DNA of 64,000 nt from a virus. Numbering within the stretch: the first letter of the stretch is position 1; the number at the start of each line of letters is the position of its first letter. The translations under genes and the position numbers were made by a program. The stretch lies in the IMG/VR virus record IMGVR_UViG_3300027756_000004; one strand, written 5' to 3'. Shown here one piece after another: positions 1 to 8,722 of this stretch. Below the pieces are notes generated by a model. It ran no database searches. It saw only the letters and a list, made by a program, of their open reading frames with translations, and was not told the origin of the DNA.

Positions 1-989
1 TAATTTTCAACAAATTGCGCTCCCAGTTTATCAAATGAACCACATTGTTTGGTGCATTCTTTCAATCCCACTGTGCCCCATTGGGATTCGATCTTACTAA
101 AATAGCCACTATCAAATATTTCCTCCAGCGTTTGACGATGTAAGTTAGGAAATTGCGAAATTTTTTCCATGTAATCTATTCTTGATTCTTGCATAGGGGG
201 AATCCATTCCATATCCAACCAACAGCAAGGCGACACATTACCACAAGCACTCACATATATCTGTTTGTGCTTTTGTGCTTTACACACTATGTGTGGTCTT
301 ACTTCTTTTTGTGATTGTTCAATCAATGGAATCATATCAAAACTGGTTTGAGTGGGAGCAATCTTATGTGTGGGTCTACCTTGTTCATCCAACACTTGAT
401 GAAAATCTGTTTTGAATCTACTAGTGTGCTTGATACTGAAATCTGCAAAGCCCATTTGTTTGCTCATAGCTCTTGCTTGTTCAATTTGATGTTCGTTGTG
501 AGCAAACACCAACATGTGCCATTTGGCCACTCCCCCTGCTGCGATAAATGCCTCAGCATTCTGCATGATCTTGTCAAAATCTGTGCTGATCCTGTACAAG
601 TGATTGGTATCTTTCAAACCATCCAATCCAAATGTAACTTTTACCTTTAATTGTGCCAGTCTCTTCCACCAGTCAGTGTCTCTAGCACTGCCGTTGGTGT
701 GCATGGCCAATCTAATGTAAGGATTAGTGTCTCTAAGATACTGGTAAATTTCCAAAGTGTCTTTGGACACTATAGGATCTCCCAAATTACCACACATGAA
801 CAAACTGTGTAATTGTTTTACAAATTTTTCTGTGAACCATTGTTTAAATTGTGCCACAGTGATCTCTTCCAACTTGATAAACGGATTCAAAGGACCTCCA
901 TTGATTCTTCTAGGACACATAGGACATTTGGCCTGACACTTGCTGGTTATTTCCAAGTGAATATCTCTTATGTCTTCATATCTATACAT
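1..989 (-). CDS. Radical SAM enzyme with C-terminal SPASM/twitch-like Cys cluster; runs to the window edge, stop probably at or just beyond position 1
   Basis: Not in the ORF track. Manual translation from ATG at 989 gives MYRYEDIRDIHLEITSKCQAKCPMCPR (CxxxCxxC), MCGNLGDP, HTNGS, FGLDG, C-terminal VCKA...GNVSPCCW...ECTKQCG, ending AQFVEN at position 3. Confidence 0.9.
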   Translation of the reverse strand, partial: MYRYEDIRDIHLEITSKCQAKCPMCPRRINGGPLNPFIKLEEITVAQFKQWFTEKFVKQLHSLFMCGNLGDPIVSKDTLEIYQYLRDTNPYIRLAMHTNGSARDTDWWKRLAQLKVKVTFGLDGLKDTNHLYRISTDFDKIMQNAEAFIAAGGVAKWHMLVFAHNEHQIEQARAMSKQMGFADFSIKHTSRFKTDFHQVLDEQGRPTHKIAPTQTSFDMIPLIEQSQKEVRPHIVCKAQKHKQIYVSACGNVSPCCWLDMEWIPPMQESRIDYMEKISQFPNLHRQTLEEIFDSGYFSKIESQWGTVGLKECTKQCGSFDKLGAQFVEN

Positions 990-1983
990 GTCGAGCCTTA
1001 GGTATTTTGCTATCTGCAGAACTCACACAAGTGGGAGTCACACAAATTTTTGGTTTATCAAACAGTTTAAACCCTTGTTCTATACTGCCCAGTGGCTCAT
1101 CATGGCAACTGTAACTGCGTTTGATTTCTCCGCCTGGCTCTCTAATGATACAACTTTGATATCCAGCATTACAGTACCAGCCTTGAAACTTGTTGAAACC
1201 AAAAGCATTAAATCGCTCTGCCTGATCTAGATAGTACTTATTGCCTTGTGCGTCTTGCATTTCGATTTGAAATAGATCCTTGTATTTTTCACCTTCCTGT
1301 ATGCGTTGTGGAAATCCTGTCTGCAATGTGTTCAATTGTGCAGCACTGTAACCCTCTACCACATGACTGGCAGTGGGATCACTCTGTGGTTTCAGCGTGA
1401 CGTTGATGCCTCTGGAATGGAATCTAGCACATCTGTCATAGTATTCTTCAAATCTATTGGGCACCATCACTTGATTGATTGTGACAAACACATTGTTCTT
1501 CATCAACAGCAATATTTTATCTCCAAATTTTTGTTCGTCTGAAAATTCTGCATGAAAACTGGCAGTGATGCTGCGACGGTTCAATGACTTTGTAGCTTCC
1601 AACCATCGATGCCACCATTTTTCCGAAGGACTAAGGTTGGTGGTCATGTGAATACTCTGATATTCTGGAGCAGTATCAGCACTGTAGTGTTTGATCAACT
1701 GTAAAAAATCTTTGTAGGCAGTGGGTTCTCCGCCTGAAAAACTGAAATGATAGTCTGTGAATCCATTCTGTCTAGCCTGTCGTTTGATTTCATCCACCAC
1801 TGCTGTGTAGACAGCCAGTGGTCTGTGGTCTTTTTGCTTGCTCTTGGCATAAGGCCAACAGTATGAGCAATCATAGTTGCAAAATCTTGCTAGTATCCAG
1901 CTCACAGAAAATAATTTGCTGTGCAACATGGTGCGTTGTCCAAAGTTTGTGATGCGATCAAATGGAATGTTGGTGTCTATCAT
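982..1983 (-). CDS. Radical SAM enzyme with twitch/SPASM-like C-terminus
   Basis: CNYDCSYC, SGGEPT, MTTNL, C-terminal CNAG...SYSC...KICVTPTCV. Start placed at 1983 (ATGA overlap with the upstream stop) rather than 2037. Confidence 0.9.
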   Translation of the reverse strand: MIDTNIPFDRITNFGQRTMLHSKLFSVSWILARFCNYDCSYCWPYAKSKQKDHRPLAVYTAVVDEIKRQARQNGFTDYHFSFSGGEPTAYKDFLQLIKHYSADTAPEYQSIHMTTNLSPSEKWWHRWLEATKSLNRRSITASFHAEFSDEQKFGDKILLLMKNNVFVTINQVMVPNRFEEYYDRCARFHSRGINVTLKPQSDPTASHVVEGYSAAQLNTLQTGFPQRIQEGEKYKDLFQIEMQDAQGNKYYLDQAERFNAFGFNKFQGWYCNAGYQSCIIREPGGEIKRSYSCHDEPLGSIEQGFKLFDKPKICVTPTCVSSADSKIPKARHV

Positions 1984-2684
1984 AAAATTTCTTTCTCCAT
2001 GTGAGGAAATTGTCCCACAAAAGTCAATTTTAACCATTCAAAGTTGTTGATCATTCTCAGTGCTTGCGGATCCAATTGATGTTGCGTTCCATACACTCTG
2101 CCTGCCAATGCTCCTGCTATGGCATACTCCCCATAAGGTTGATCTGCTCCAACAGTGCACCATACATTGAGTCTTTTTTCAGTTTCTTTGTCCACCTGAC
2201 GATCAATCACTTTGCTGCTGAGCTTGACACACTCTCTAAAAGCACTTTTCCAAGAAGCAAAAGGATCTGTGTTGAAGGCAGTGACGTTGGAAATTTCTGG
2301 TATGGCTTTGAATCTATCTGTGATGCTGGTGGTCATGTCTATGCTGTTAACGTTCATCTGCATGGTGAGTCTTTTGGGCAACAATTTTACTCCTCCATAT
2401 CCATATTCTAATTCGTTGATAGGATTTTTGCTTCTCCACACATGCACCACCTCTTGATTGTATTGGTCTGGTGCATAGTCAAAACAAAAACTTGGTTCTA
2501 CCAGTGCATCTGCATCAACCACCCAAAACATCTTGGTCAAAGCCAGCGTGGCTGCAGCAATATGTGCCTGTTGTATGCCTCTCACTCCATGCACTCTCTG
2601 TGATATAGCAAATCTTTGTTTCAACTGCCTATAATTTTGTTCAGCACTGGATTCATTGTAACTGATAAAAAAAATATCGTACAT
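1980..2684 (-). CDS. Glycosyltransferase-like (GT-A fold) protein
   Basis: N-terminal DIFFISYNE and DxD motif WVVDAD; paralog of the next ORF (RVHGV, FRExVK). Confidence 0.7.
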   Translation of the reverse strand: MYDIFFISYNESSAEQNYRQLKQRFAISQRVHGVRGIQQAHIAAATLALTKMFWVVDADALVEPSFCFDYAPDQYNQEVVHVWRSKNPINELEYGYGGVKLLPKRLTMQMNVNSIDMTTSITDRFKAIPEISNVTAFNTDPFASWKSAFRECVKLSSKVIDRQVDKETEKRLNVWCTVGADQPYGEYAIAGALAGRVYGTQHQLDPQALRMINNFEWLKLTFVGQFPHMEKEIL

Positions 2685-3592
2685 TATATGGTCTTTCTAA
2701 TAGTTCTAGGTGTATTCACATACAAGTTTTTAAAAAATTCACTTGCTTGAGCATCCAATGGTTCAACGGGAAAGTTCATTTGATGTTGTTTTTTAATTTT
2801 TTCTCCATACAATAAGCATAATTTTTTGGCATCTTCTATATTACACTTGTCATTATTGCTCACACTGCCCCACATCTGATCTAATATTTTAAAATCTCTC
2901 ACTTCTTTAAAGTGCCATGGCGTACATAGTGTCCTATAGCAGCCTTCTCTAGCACCAGCTATGGCCCAAATGCCGTTTTCTACATCCTGACCCACAGTCA
3001 TCCATATCAATAATCTGTGATAGTTCTGCCACCATATGTCTTTGAGGTCTTTGATTCTTAAATTTTTATTGATGCTCATCTTAACTCCTTCTCTAAACCC
3101 TGCTCTCCAGGCCTGTTTGGGAGAACCATTGATATAACTGGTGCTGTAGTTTTCATTGAATTGATATAGTTTATTGAAATAACAAAATTCTACTTCATTA
3201 CTGTCATTACCTGTGTAATTTTCATGGGTTTTCATCTCTTTAACAAATGTTCTTGTCCAAAGTTTCAAACTGCCATTGCCATATTTGAGTCCATTCACAT
3301 TAATATGACCACTCCAACTGAATATCCAACTGGAGTCCATGCCCATTGATTCTAAATCCAATACCACATCTAATATCTTTGGATTAATTTGAGTGTCCCC
3401 ATCCACTGTTAAAAAATATTCTGTGTGAGACAGTTCAGCACAGGCTTTGTGTGCTGTGTCTGATCCTTCTACACCATGCACTCGCTTGGCCCAAGGCACT
3501 ATTTGTTTAAGTGCTGCATAATTTTTTTCGCAGTTGGGCTCGTCATAACTTAAAAATATAATATCACAGTCCTTAATAGCAATCTTATTCAT
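2684..3592 (-). CDS. Glycosyltransferase-like (GT-A fold) protein
   Basis: DIIFLSYDE, RVHGVEG, TVDGD, AWRAGFREGVK. Start at MNKIAIK (3592) with GGAGAAGG upstream. Confidence 0.7.
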   Translation of the reverse strand: MNKIAIKDCDIIFLSYDEPNCEKNYAALKQIVPWAKRVHGVEGSDTAHKACAELSHTEYFLTVDGDTQINPKILDVVLDLESMGMDSSWIFSWSGHINVNGLKYGNGSLKLWTRTFVKEMKTHENYTGNDSNEVEFCYFNKLYQFNENYSTSYINGSPKQAWRAGFREGVKMSINKNLRIKDLKDIWWQNYHRLLIWMTVGQDVENGIWAIAGAREGCYRTLCTPWHFKEVRDFKILDQMWGSVSNNDKCNIEDAKKLCLLYGEKIKKQHQMNFPVEPLDAQASEFFKNLYVNTPRTIRKTI

Positions 3593-4160
3593 ATACCTTC
3601 TCCAATGAATAATCAAAGATTTTTTTACAATAGATATCCACTTCATGCATAGGTTGATAATCAATGTTTATACTATTTTGATTAATTAAATCAAAAAGAT
3701 TAATTTCAAATACTCTGTCCAACTGAGTAGCATCATACTTTTTGCAACTGTAAAAATTATGTATTCTTTGATTTTGCTCTGACACAATTGTTTTAAGTGT
3801 GTTTTTGAAATCTTCATCCACTGAAAATTCAATCTTGCCTTGTTTTTCAAATATTCTTATAAGGATACCTGTATGATTTGGTGATTTTATAGGCACTCTA
3901 TAAACATCTTTGTTAATTATGGGGTCAATATTATTTTTAGTTAAGCTATTTGCTTTATCTACCACTCCATGCTTGCGAAATTTATAGACTCCTTCGCTGT
4001 ACTGCACTATGTAATTGCTCATAGATTCAATACCCATAATAAATTTTTCTCCCAGTGCCACATCTATAGCAATAGCGTTTAAAGATTTTTGTACAGAACA
4101 TCCTAATATTTTTCCTGATTCAGGATTAAATGTCACATACATGTTATTTGACTCTTTCAT
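3585..4160 (-). CDS. Hypothetical protein
   Basis: ORF overlapping both neighbours within the operon; start uncertain (4175/4160/4142). Confidence 0.65.
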   Translation of the reverse strand: MKESNNMYVTFNPESGKILGCSVQKSLNAIAIDVALGEKFIMGIESMSNYIVQYSEGVYKFRKHGVVDKANSLTKNNIDPIINKDVYRVPIKSPNHTGILIRIFEKQGKIEFSVDEDFKNTLKTIVSEQNQRIHNFYSCKKYDATQLDRVFEINLFDLINQNSINIDYQPMHEVDIYCKKIFDYSLEKVYE

Positions 4161-4992
4161 AATATTTTTTTTCAATAGTTTTTAACAAGTCGTTGCTTAA
4201 AAACTCATCTTCAACATAGTGCAAAAGACCAGTTTGACTGAAATTGCCAATTTTAATATTCATTTGTGCATCAAAGTACACATTTACTTTTTCTAACCAG
4301 TTGTTAGGCACATAATCCCAATTTTGTAAATGTGGTTTCATGTGTGTGAAAGTGATTGAAGGATGTTTGCTGGTAATTTTTCCTGTGACTCCTAATATTT
4401 TACTGGTCAAAGCCACACTGACATCCATGCTGCACCAAGTTTGTTGATCCTTGGGTGTAAATTCTTTATAAAATAAATTAGGATTCTTTACAATGTGAGA
4501 TAATAGATCAACAAATTTATAATTTTCTTTGTTGTGATGATAATAATGCATGCCACAATACAGGTTGGGTAAATCATTGTGGGTAAAAGTTTTGCGATAA
4601 AAATCACTTTCACATGATTCTCCTCTGTAATTTTCTACTTGGCTGGGAAAATACATGGGATAATTTTTTAAATAATTCCACCAATAGCTGATATCACTCA
4701 ACAGCAGCATGTCAGCATCTAAGATTATGGTACGTTCGAATGGTGTGCATTGATATATCTTGTATCTATTCTGAATTTTCCAATCTTGATCTGCAGCTTC
4801 ATCATTGCCTGGAATATCCAACACATGGTCAAACACTTTGTGCATGCTGGGAGTAATGTTTGAATTGGTTATGAGGCATACCTTACTGGTGGGCATTTGA
4901 ATTTTGATGCTCATAGCCAAAGCATAGGCTTGTCTGGCATAGTCTGTGCTGTCATTGTGTTGTGCAAAAATACAAAAGCCCTGTGAGGTCAT
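4144..4992 (-). CDS. Nucleotide-diphospho-sugar transferase (GT8-like)
   Basis: AYALAMSIK, YQCTPFERTIILDADML (DxD), FTHMKP. Confidence 0.75.
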   Translation of the reverse strand: MTSQGFCIFAQHNDSTDYARQAYALAMSIKIQMPTSKVCLITNSNITPSMHKVFDHVLDIPGNDEAADQDWKIQNRYKIYQCTPFERTIILDADMLLLSDISYWWNYLKNYPMYFPSQVENYRGESCESDFYRKTFTHNDLPNLYCGMHYYHHNKENYKFVDLLSHIVKNPNLFYKEFTPKDQQTWCSMDVSVALTSKILGVTGKITSKHPSITFTHMKPHLQNWDYVPNNWLEKVNVYFDAQMNIKIGNFSQTGLLHYVEDEFLSNDLLKTIEKKYYERVK

Positions 4993-5840
4993 ACAAAAAT
5001 CTCCTGGTTAATGATATGATCTAAACTGAACTTGTTCATCACATGCAAATTTATGTTTTGGGCTGCTGTCTTCATGTATGCTGAGCCAGTGAACAATGAC
5101 AATTGCCATCTACCTTGATTAAAACTGTCTGCTCTGTCACGATCTGTGATATAATACAATGAATCAGGCAGTCTACGAGGCCATGATCCTTTGGAATTAC
5201 CATTCAACATGTGAATTGCCATGCTAAAAGCAAAGTCATTTCTAAAATTTTGTTCAGGAATCTGCCAGATAAATCTATAATAGGCCCAATGCTCCTTAAT
5301 GTGTGCAATCAGTTCAAACATTTCACGCACTCTATCTGTTTTTTTAAAATAAAACACAGTGGCCCAATACATCTCCATGCCTGTGTCACTGATGTATTTG
5401 ATTTTCCATTCAGGTTTATTAAAATAATTAATATAGATGGACTGTTGGTGTATCAAAAAATCTTCTTTGCTTTGGAAACATTTGAGTAGGTTTTGATTGC
5501 CCACAATATAATCAGTGTCCATCACAATGGTCTCATCATAAGGAGACAGTTTATATGCGGTGGAGCGCAAATGATTCTTCCATAGATCATTAATTTTTGT
5601 TTCAGCACCATTGTAAAAATCTCTATTTTGAAAAATTAATGGTTCTGTCACTGTGATCACTGTGTCAAACACCTGACTGTATTTTTTGTACTGAGTGTGA
5701 AGATGTTCAGTGTTAGAAGTAATTAATGTTACGGGTTTTTTTAAATATTTTTTAACTTGGATTGCTGAAAATATACTTTGTTTGACATAATCCACAGTGT
5801 CATTGTTGTGAGCAAACATCACAACTCCTTGAGATGACAT
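4989..5840 (-). CDS. Nucleotide-diphospho-sugar transferase (GT8-like), paralog of 4144..4992
   Basis: AYKLSPYDETIVMDTD, FRNDFAFS, HVMNK. Confidence 0.75.
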   Translation of the reverse strand: MSSQGVVMFAHNNDTVDYVKQSIFSAIQVKKYLKKPVTLITSNTEHLHTQYKKYSQVFDTVITVTEPLIFQNRDFYNGAETKINDLWKNHLRSTAYKLSPYDETIVMDTDYIVGNQNLLKCFQSKEDFLIHQQSIYINYFNKPEWKIKYISDTGMEMYWATVFYFKKTDRVREMFELIAHIKEHWAYYRFIWQIPEQNFRNDFAFSMAIHMLNGNSKGSWPRRLPDSLYYITDRDRADSFNQGRWQLSLFTGSAYMKTAAQNINLHVMNKFSLDHIINQEIFV

Positions 5841-5844
5841 ACTG

Positions 5845-6183
5845 TTATATCTTTCCTTTATTAGTGACTAAGGTCCGATACTCCATGTAAAATTGGTTAA
5901 GATTTTTTTGATATAGATTCCAAGCATCATCATAAAATTGTGTAAGGTCAGCAATCATCACAGGATTTCTAAAGTTATCCAACAGTATCACGTCTGTGGT
6001 CCTGTTGAGATCAATGTAGTTCTTACAAATTTGCAATAATGTGTGATCCACAGTGAACTGTGATCCTTCACTGTATATAATGTTGCTATCAAGTAATTGA
6101 TCTTTCAGTAATTTCAATTGATTGTTGAAATTCATCATTTCTATACTTTTTTGATAATGTTTTTCTAATTCTATATTTTTCAT
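5845..6183 (-). CDS. Hypothetical protein, first gene of the GT/radical SAM operon
   Basis: ORF with ATG at 6183 just downstream of a sigma70 promoter. Confidence 0.7.
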   Translation of the reverse strand: MKNIELEKHYQKSIEMMNFNNQLKLLKDQLLDSNIIYSEGSQFTVDHTLLQICKNYIDLNRTTDVILLDNFRNPVMIADLTQFYDDAWNLYQKNLNQFYMEYRTLVTNKGKI

Positions 6184-6198
6184 AGCTGTGATATTCAA

Positions 6199-6227
6199 AT
6201 TATATTACATTTACTGAGCAAAGTCAA
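6199..6227 (-). promoter_or_regulatory. sigma70-type (early/middle) promoter
   Basis: TTGACT-17 nt-TATAAT on the - strand. Confidence 0.85.
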
Positions 6228-6280
6228 TGACTGTGTATTTAGATTAATAAGTTTTTGATTGTAAAGGATTTGGTAAAGTA

Positions 6281-7183
6281 CTAAAGTATGCTGCCACTCA
6301 TAGCACCAAAAGTTGGTTCAGCAATAGTGATTGGATCAGCCAGTGCTCCGTTGGCTATGCGTCTGTTCACATTGATGTTAAGATTACCATTAACATCTTC
6401 GTCTATGTTAGGATTACCAACGGCTGCATCATTCAAAGTGATTTGAAATTCGATCTGTGTGTTGGCTACACTGAATCTTGCTTGAATATCGAAGTTATTG
6501 GCTGCGTAAGTGCCTGCTGCAGAAGTATTGAACACAGTTTGAAAACTGGTGGTTAAAGTTTGAAAAGCAATTGATCCTGATAGTGTTCCACCAGATCCTG
6601 ATCTAGTAGAAGCAAGATTGGCAAATGTTAATGTGCCCATGTTGGTAGAAAATAATGAATTCCAATCATTCACTTTGGGTGTGGTGCTGACTGATATGTT
6701 CATGTCAATCTGCACAGCTCCGCCTGTGTTAAAAAAATGTCTAGCAGCATTGTTGCTGCCAAAGGTCACTGTGAAATTTCCTACACGTGTGCCATTCCAA
6801 GTGGCTGTGCGAATATAACTGGCAGCAGTGTTGCCTGTAGTCAATCTGCTGGCACTGATGGTGTTTCTATTAGTTTCTATGTTAGTGGCTAATGTTTCAA
6901 AAGTCACATAAGAATTACTAGTTGCATTGGTATCGTCCACTGTGTTGGCACTGCTGACTATTGTTAATGTGGGATAAGAATTATTTTGATGCAAAAATGC
7001 TTTACGTATATCCAATCTTAAAGTGTTCATGTGATCGTCTTCGATCAACTGATTCTGTGCAACTTGATTGCTTTGCAGTGCTTGTCCATATCCAGAATTG
7101 CCAGATCCAGTGCTCAGCACGTTGGACACTTTAGATTGTATAATGTTGTATCTTGCTGCTGTAATTAGATCACCAATAGCCAT
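6281..7183 (-). CDS. Virion structural protein (baseplate/fibre-associated)
   Basis: 300 aa, T/S/N/G-rich beta-type composition; TAAATA at 7203-7208; lies in the tail module. Confidence 0.65.
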   Translation of the reverse strand: MAIGDLITAARYNIIQSKVSNVLSTGSGNSGYGQALQSNQVAQNQLIEDDHMNTLRLDIRKAFLHQNNSYPTLTIVSSANTVDDTNATSNSYVTFETLATNIETNRNTISASRLTTGNTAASYIRTATWNGTRVGNFTVTFGSNNAARHFFNTGGAVQIDMNISVSTTPKVNDWNSLFSTNMGTLTFANLASTRSGSGGTLSGSIAFQTLTTSFQTVFNTSAAGTYAANNFDIQARFSVANTQIEFQITLNDAAVGNPNIDEDVNGNLNINVNRRIANGALADPITIAEPTFGAMSGSIL

Positions 7184-7255
7184 AAATTATTTCCTATACG
7201 AGTATTTAGTTGGGATATATTGGCCCTGAGATATTTTTGACATATTAGATTGAAT

Positions 7256-8692
7256 TTATTTGATGTAGCACTCTACCAATTTTGAACTAGACCCACTGTG
7301 GGATTCCAACGCCACAGCAAAATAATCACCTTCTGTGACTTTGATACCAATTCCTGCTGTGCTGCTGACTCCAATTTTGTCACCTTTGACCACTGTGCCT
7401 GTGATTAACACTGGTACCCTGCCTTTGAGTGCCACTGCTGTGCCACCTATCAATTCTGAATTCATTAATACTGCAGGAGCTCCGCTGACCACTCCCACCA
7501 CTATGCTGCCCACAGTGGCCTTTTGAATTTCTTTTACGCCGCCTATACTCATCACTGTGCCAATGGGCCAATTGCCATCTGCCAAATATTTCTCTGCTAA
7601 GTCTGCATATCTTGCTTGAGTGGCAACACCATTGAAAATGTTGGCTGTCAAATTGCCTGATGCGTCTCTTAGAGCAGTAGTGTTTACTCCTGCTGTGGTA
7701 GAACCGTTGTATGCTGTGGCTCCTAATTTAATTGCTGTGGCTTCTGATGCCAGTCCTGTAAAGTTGGTGGCGTGAACATTGGCAAATACGTTGCCTACTG
7801 CGCCCAAAGCGTATGTGTTGGTGGCAGCGGGAACCACGCCTGTGGCAGTCACGCTCACAGAGTGAGTGTTGGTGGCACCCATCTTGATCACAGAGCCTAC
7901 TTCATTTATGATACGACCTTCGTTGCCGTTGATGATACTAATTCTTAAATCGTTGCCTGTGCCCACTGTGAATCCAGCATCATCAAAATTGGTGTTGCCA
8001 CCCACTTGTAAAAAGTTGGCTGCTGGTATTCCACCTAATTTTAGTGCGTTGGCTGCAGTGCCCCAGAATCTATGATCTGTGGAAGTGACACCACCTGTGG
8101 CATTTAAAGTGTTCACCATGGTGATACCTTTTTTCACGCTGTCAAATCCTGTGATAAATTGTGTTGGATCCACTGTGTTGATAGTGAATTGACTGTTGCT
8201 GATTAAAAATACTGTGACATCATCTATGATGCCTTCTATAATGGGTTGATTGGCATTTAGTGTGTCTTTGACTGTGCGGCTTTTCAATTGAGTGGTTGTG
8301 GCTCCTGTTCCCTGTGGTCCTACCAATGTGAATGAAGCACCATTGAAAGCATACAATTGTTCATTGGCTGTGTCCCACCAAAAATCACCAGTGGTTAAAC
8401 CTGCTGGTTGGGAGGTGCCTACTTCTGCTCCACCTGTGGTTCTAAATTTTACACCATCATAAAATTTTAATTTGTTTTGTGCTGTGTCAAACCATATCTG
8501 TCCACTTAATGGTCTGCTGGGTGAATTGTTGCTGGCAAAGTTCTCTAATAAATGTAAAAAGTTTTCGTTTTGAATTTCACCATAGCCTGCATAGTTTCTG
8601 CCCACCAATTTAAGATTAGTGGTTTGGTCAATTGTACCATCTTGTATGGTGGTCAGCAATGTTCCGTTTGTTTTATCTATTTGATATGGCAT
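7256..8692 (-). CDS. Baseplate-attached fibre protein with C-terminal intramolecular-chaperone/autocleavage-like domain
   Basis: Shared N-terminal module (GRNYAGYGE..NENFLHLLENFA..GQIWFDT); C-terminal ARYADLAEKY...VALKGRVPV...KGD. Confidence 0.7.
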   Translation of the reverse strand: MPYQIDKTNGTLLTTIQDGTIDQTTNLKLVGRNYAGYGEIQNENFLHLLENFASNNSPSRPLSGQIWFDTAQNKLKFYDGVKFRTTGGAEVGTSQPAGLTTGDFWWDTANEQLYAFNGASFTLVGPQGTGATTTQLKSRTVKDTLNANQPIIEGIIDDVTVFLISNSQFTINTVDPTQFITGFDSVKKGITMVNTLNATGGVTSTDHRFWGTAANALKLGGIPAANFLQVGGNTNFDDAGFTVGTGNDLRISIINGNEGRIINEVGSVIKMGATNTHSVSVTATGVVPAATNTYALGAVGNVFANVHATNFTGLASEATAIKLGATAYNGSTTAGVNTTALRDASGNLTANIFNGVATQARYADLAEKYLADGNWPIGTVMSIGGVKEIQKATVGSIVVGVVSGAPAVLMNSELIGGTAVALKGRVPVLITGTVVKGDKIGVSSTAGIGIKVTEGDYFAVALESHSGSSSKLVECYIK

Positions 8693-8722
8693 ACTTTTTT
8701 TCCTTTTACAAGTTTATTTATC

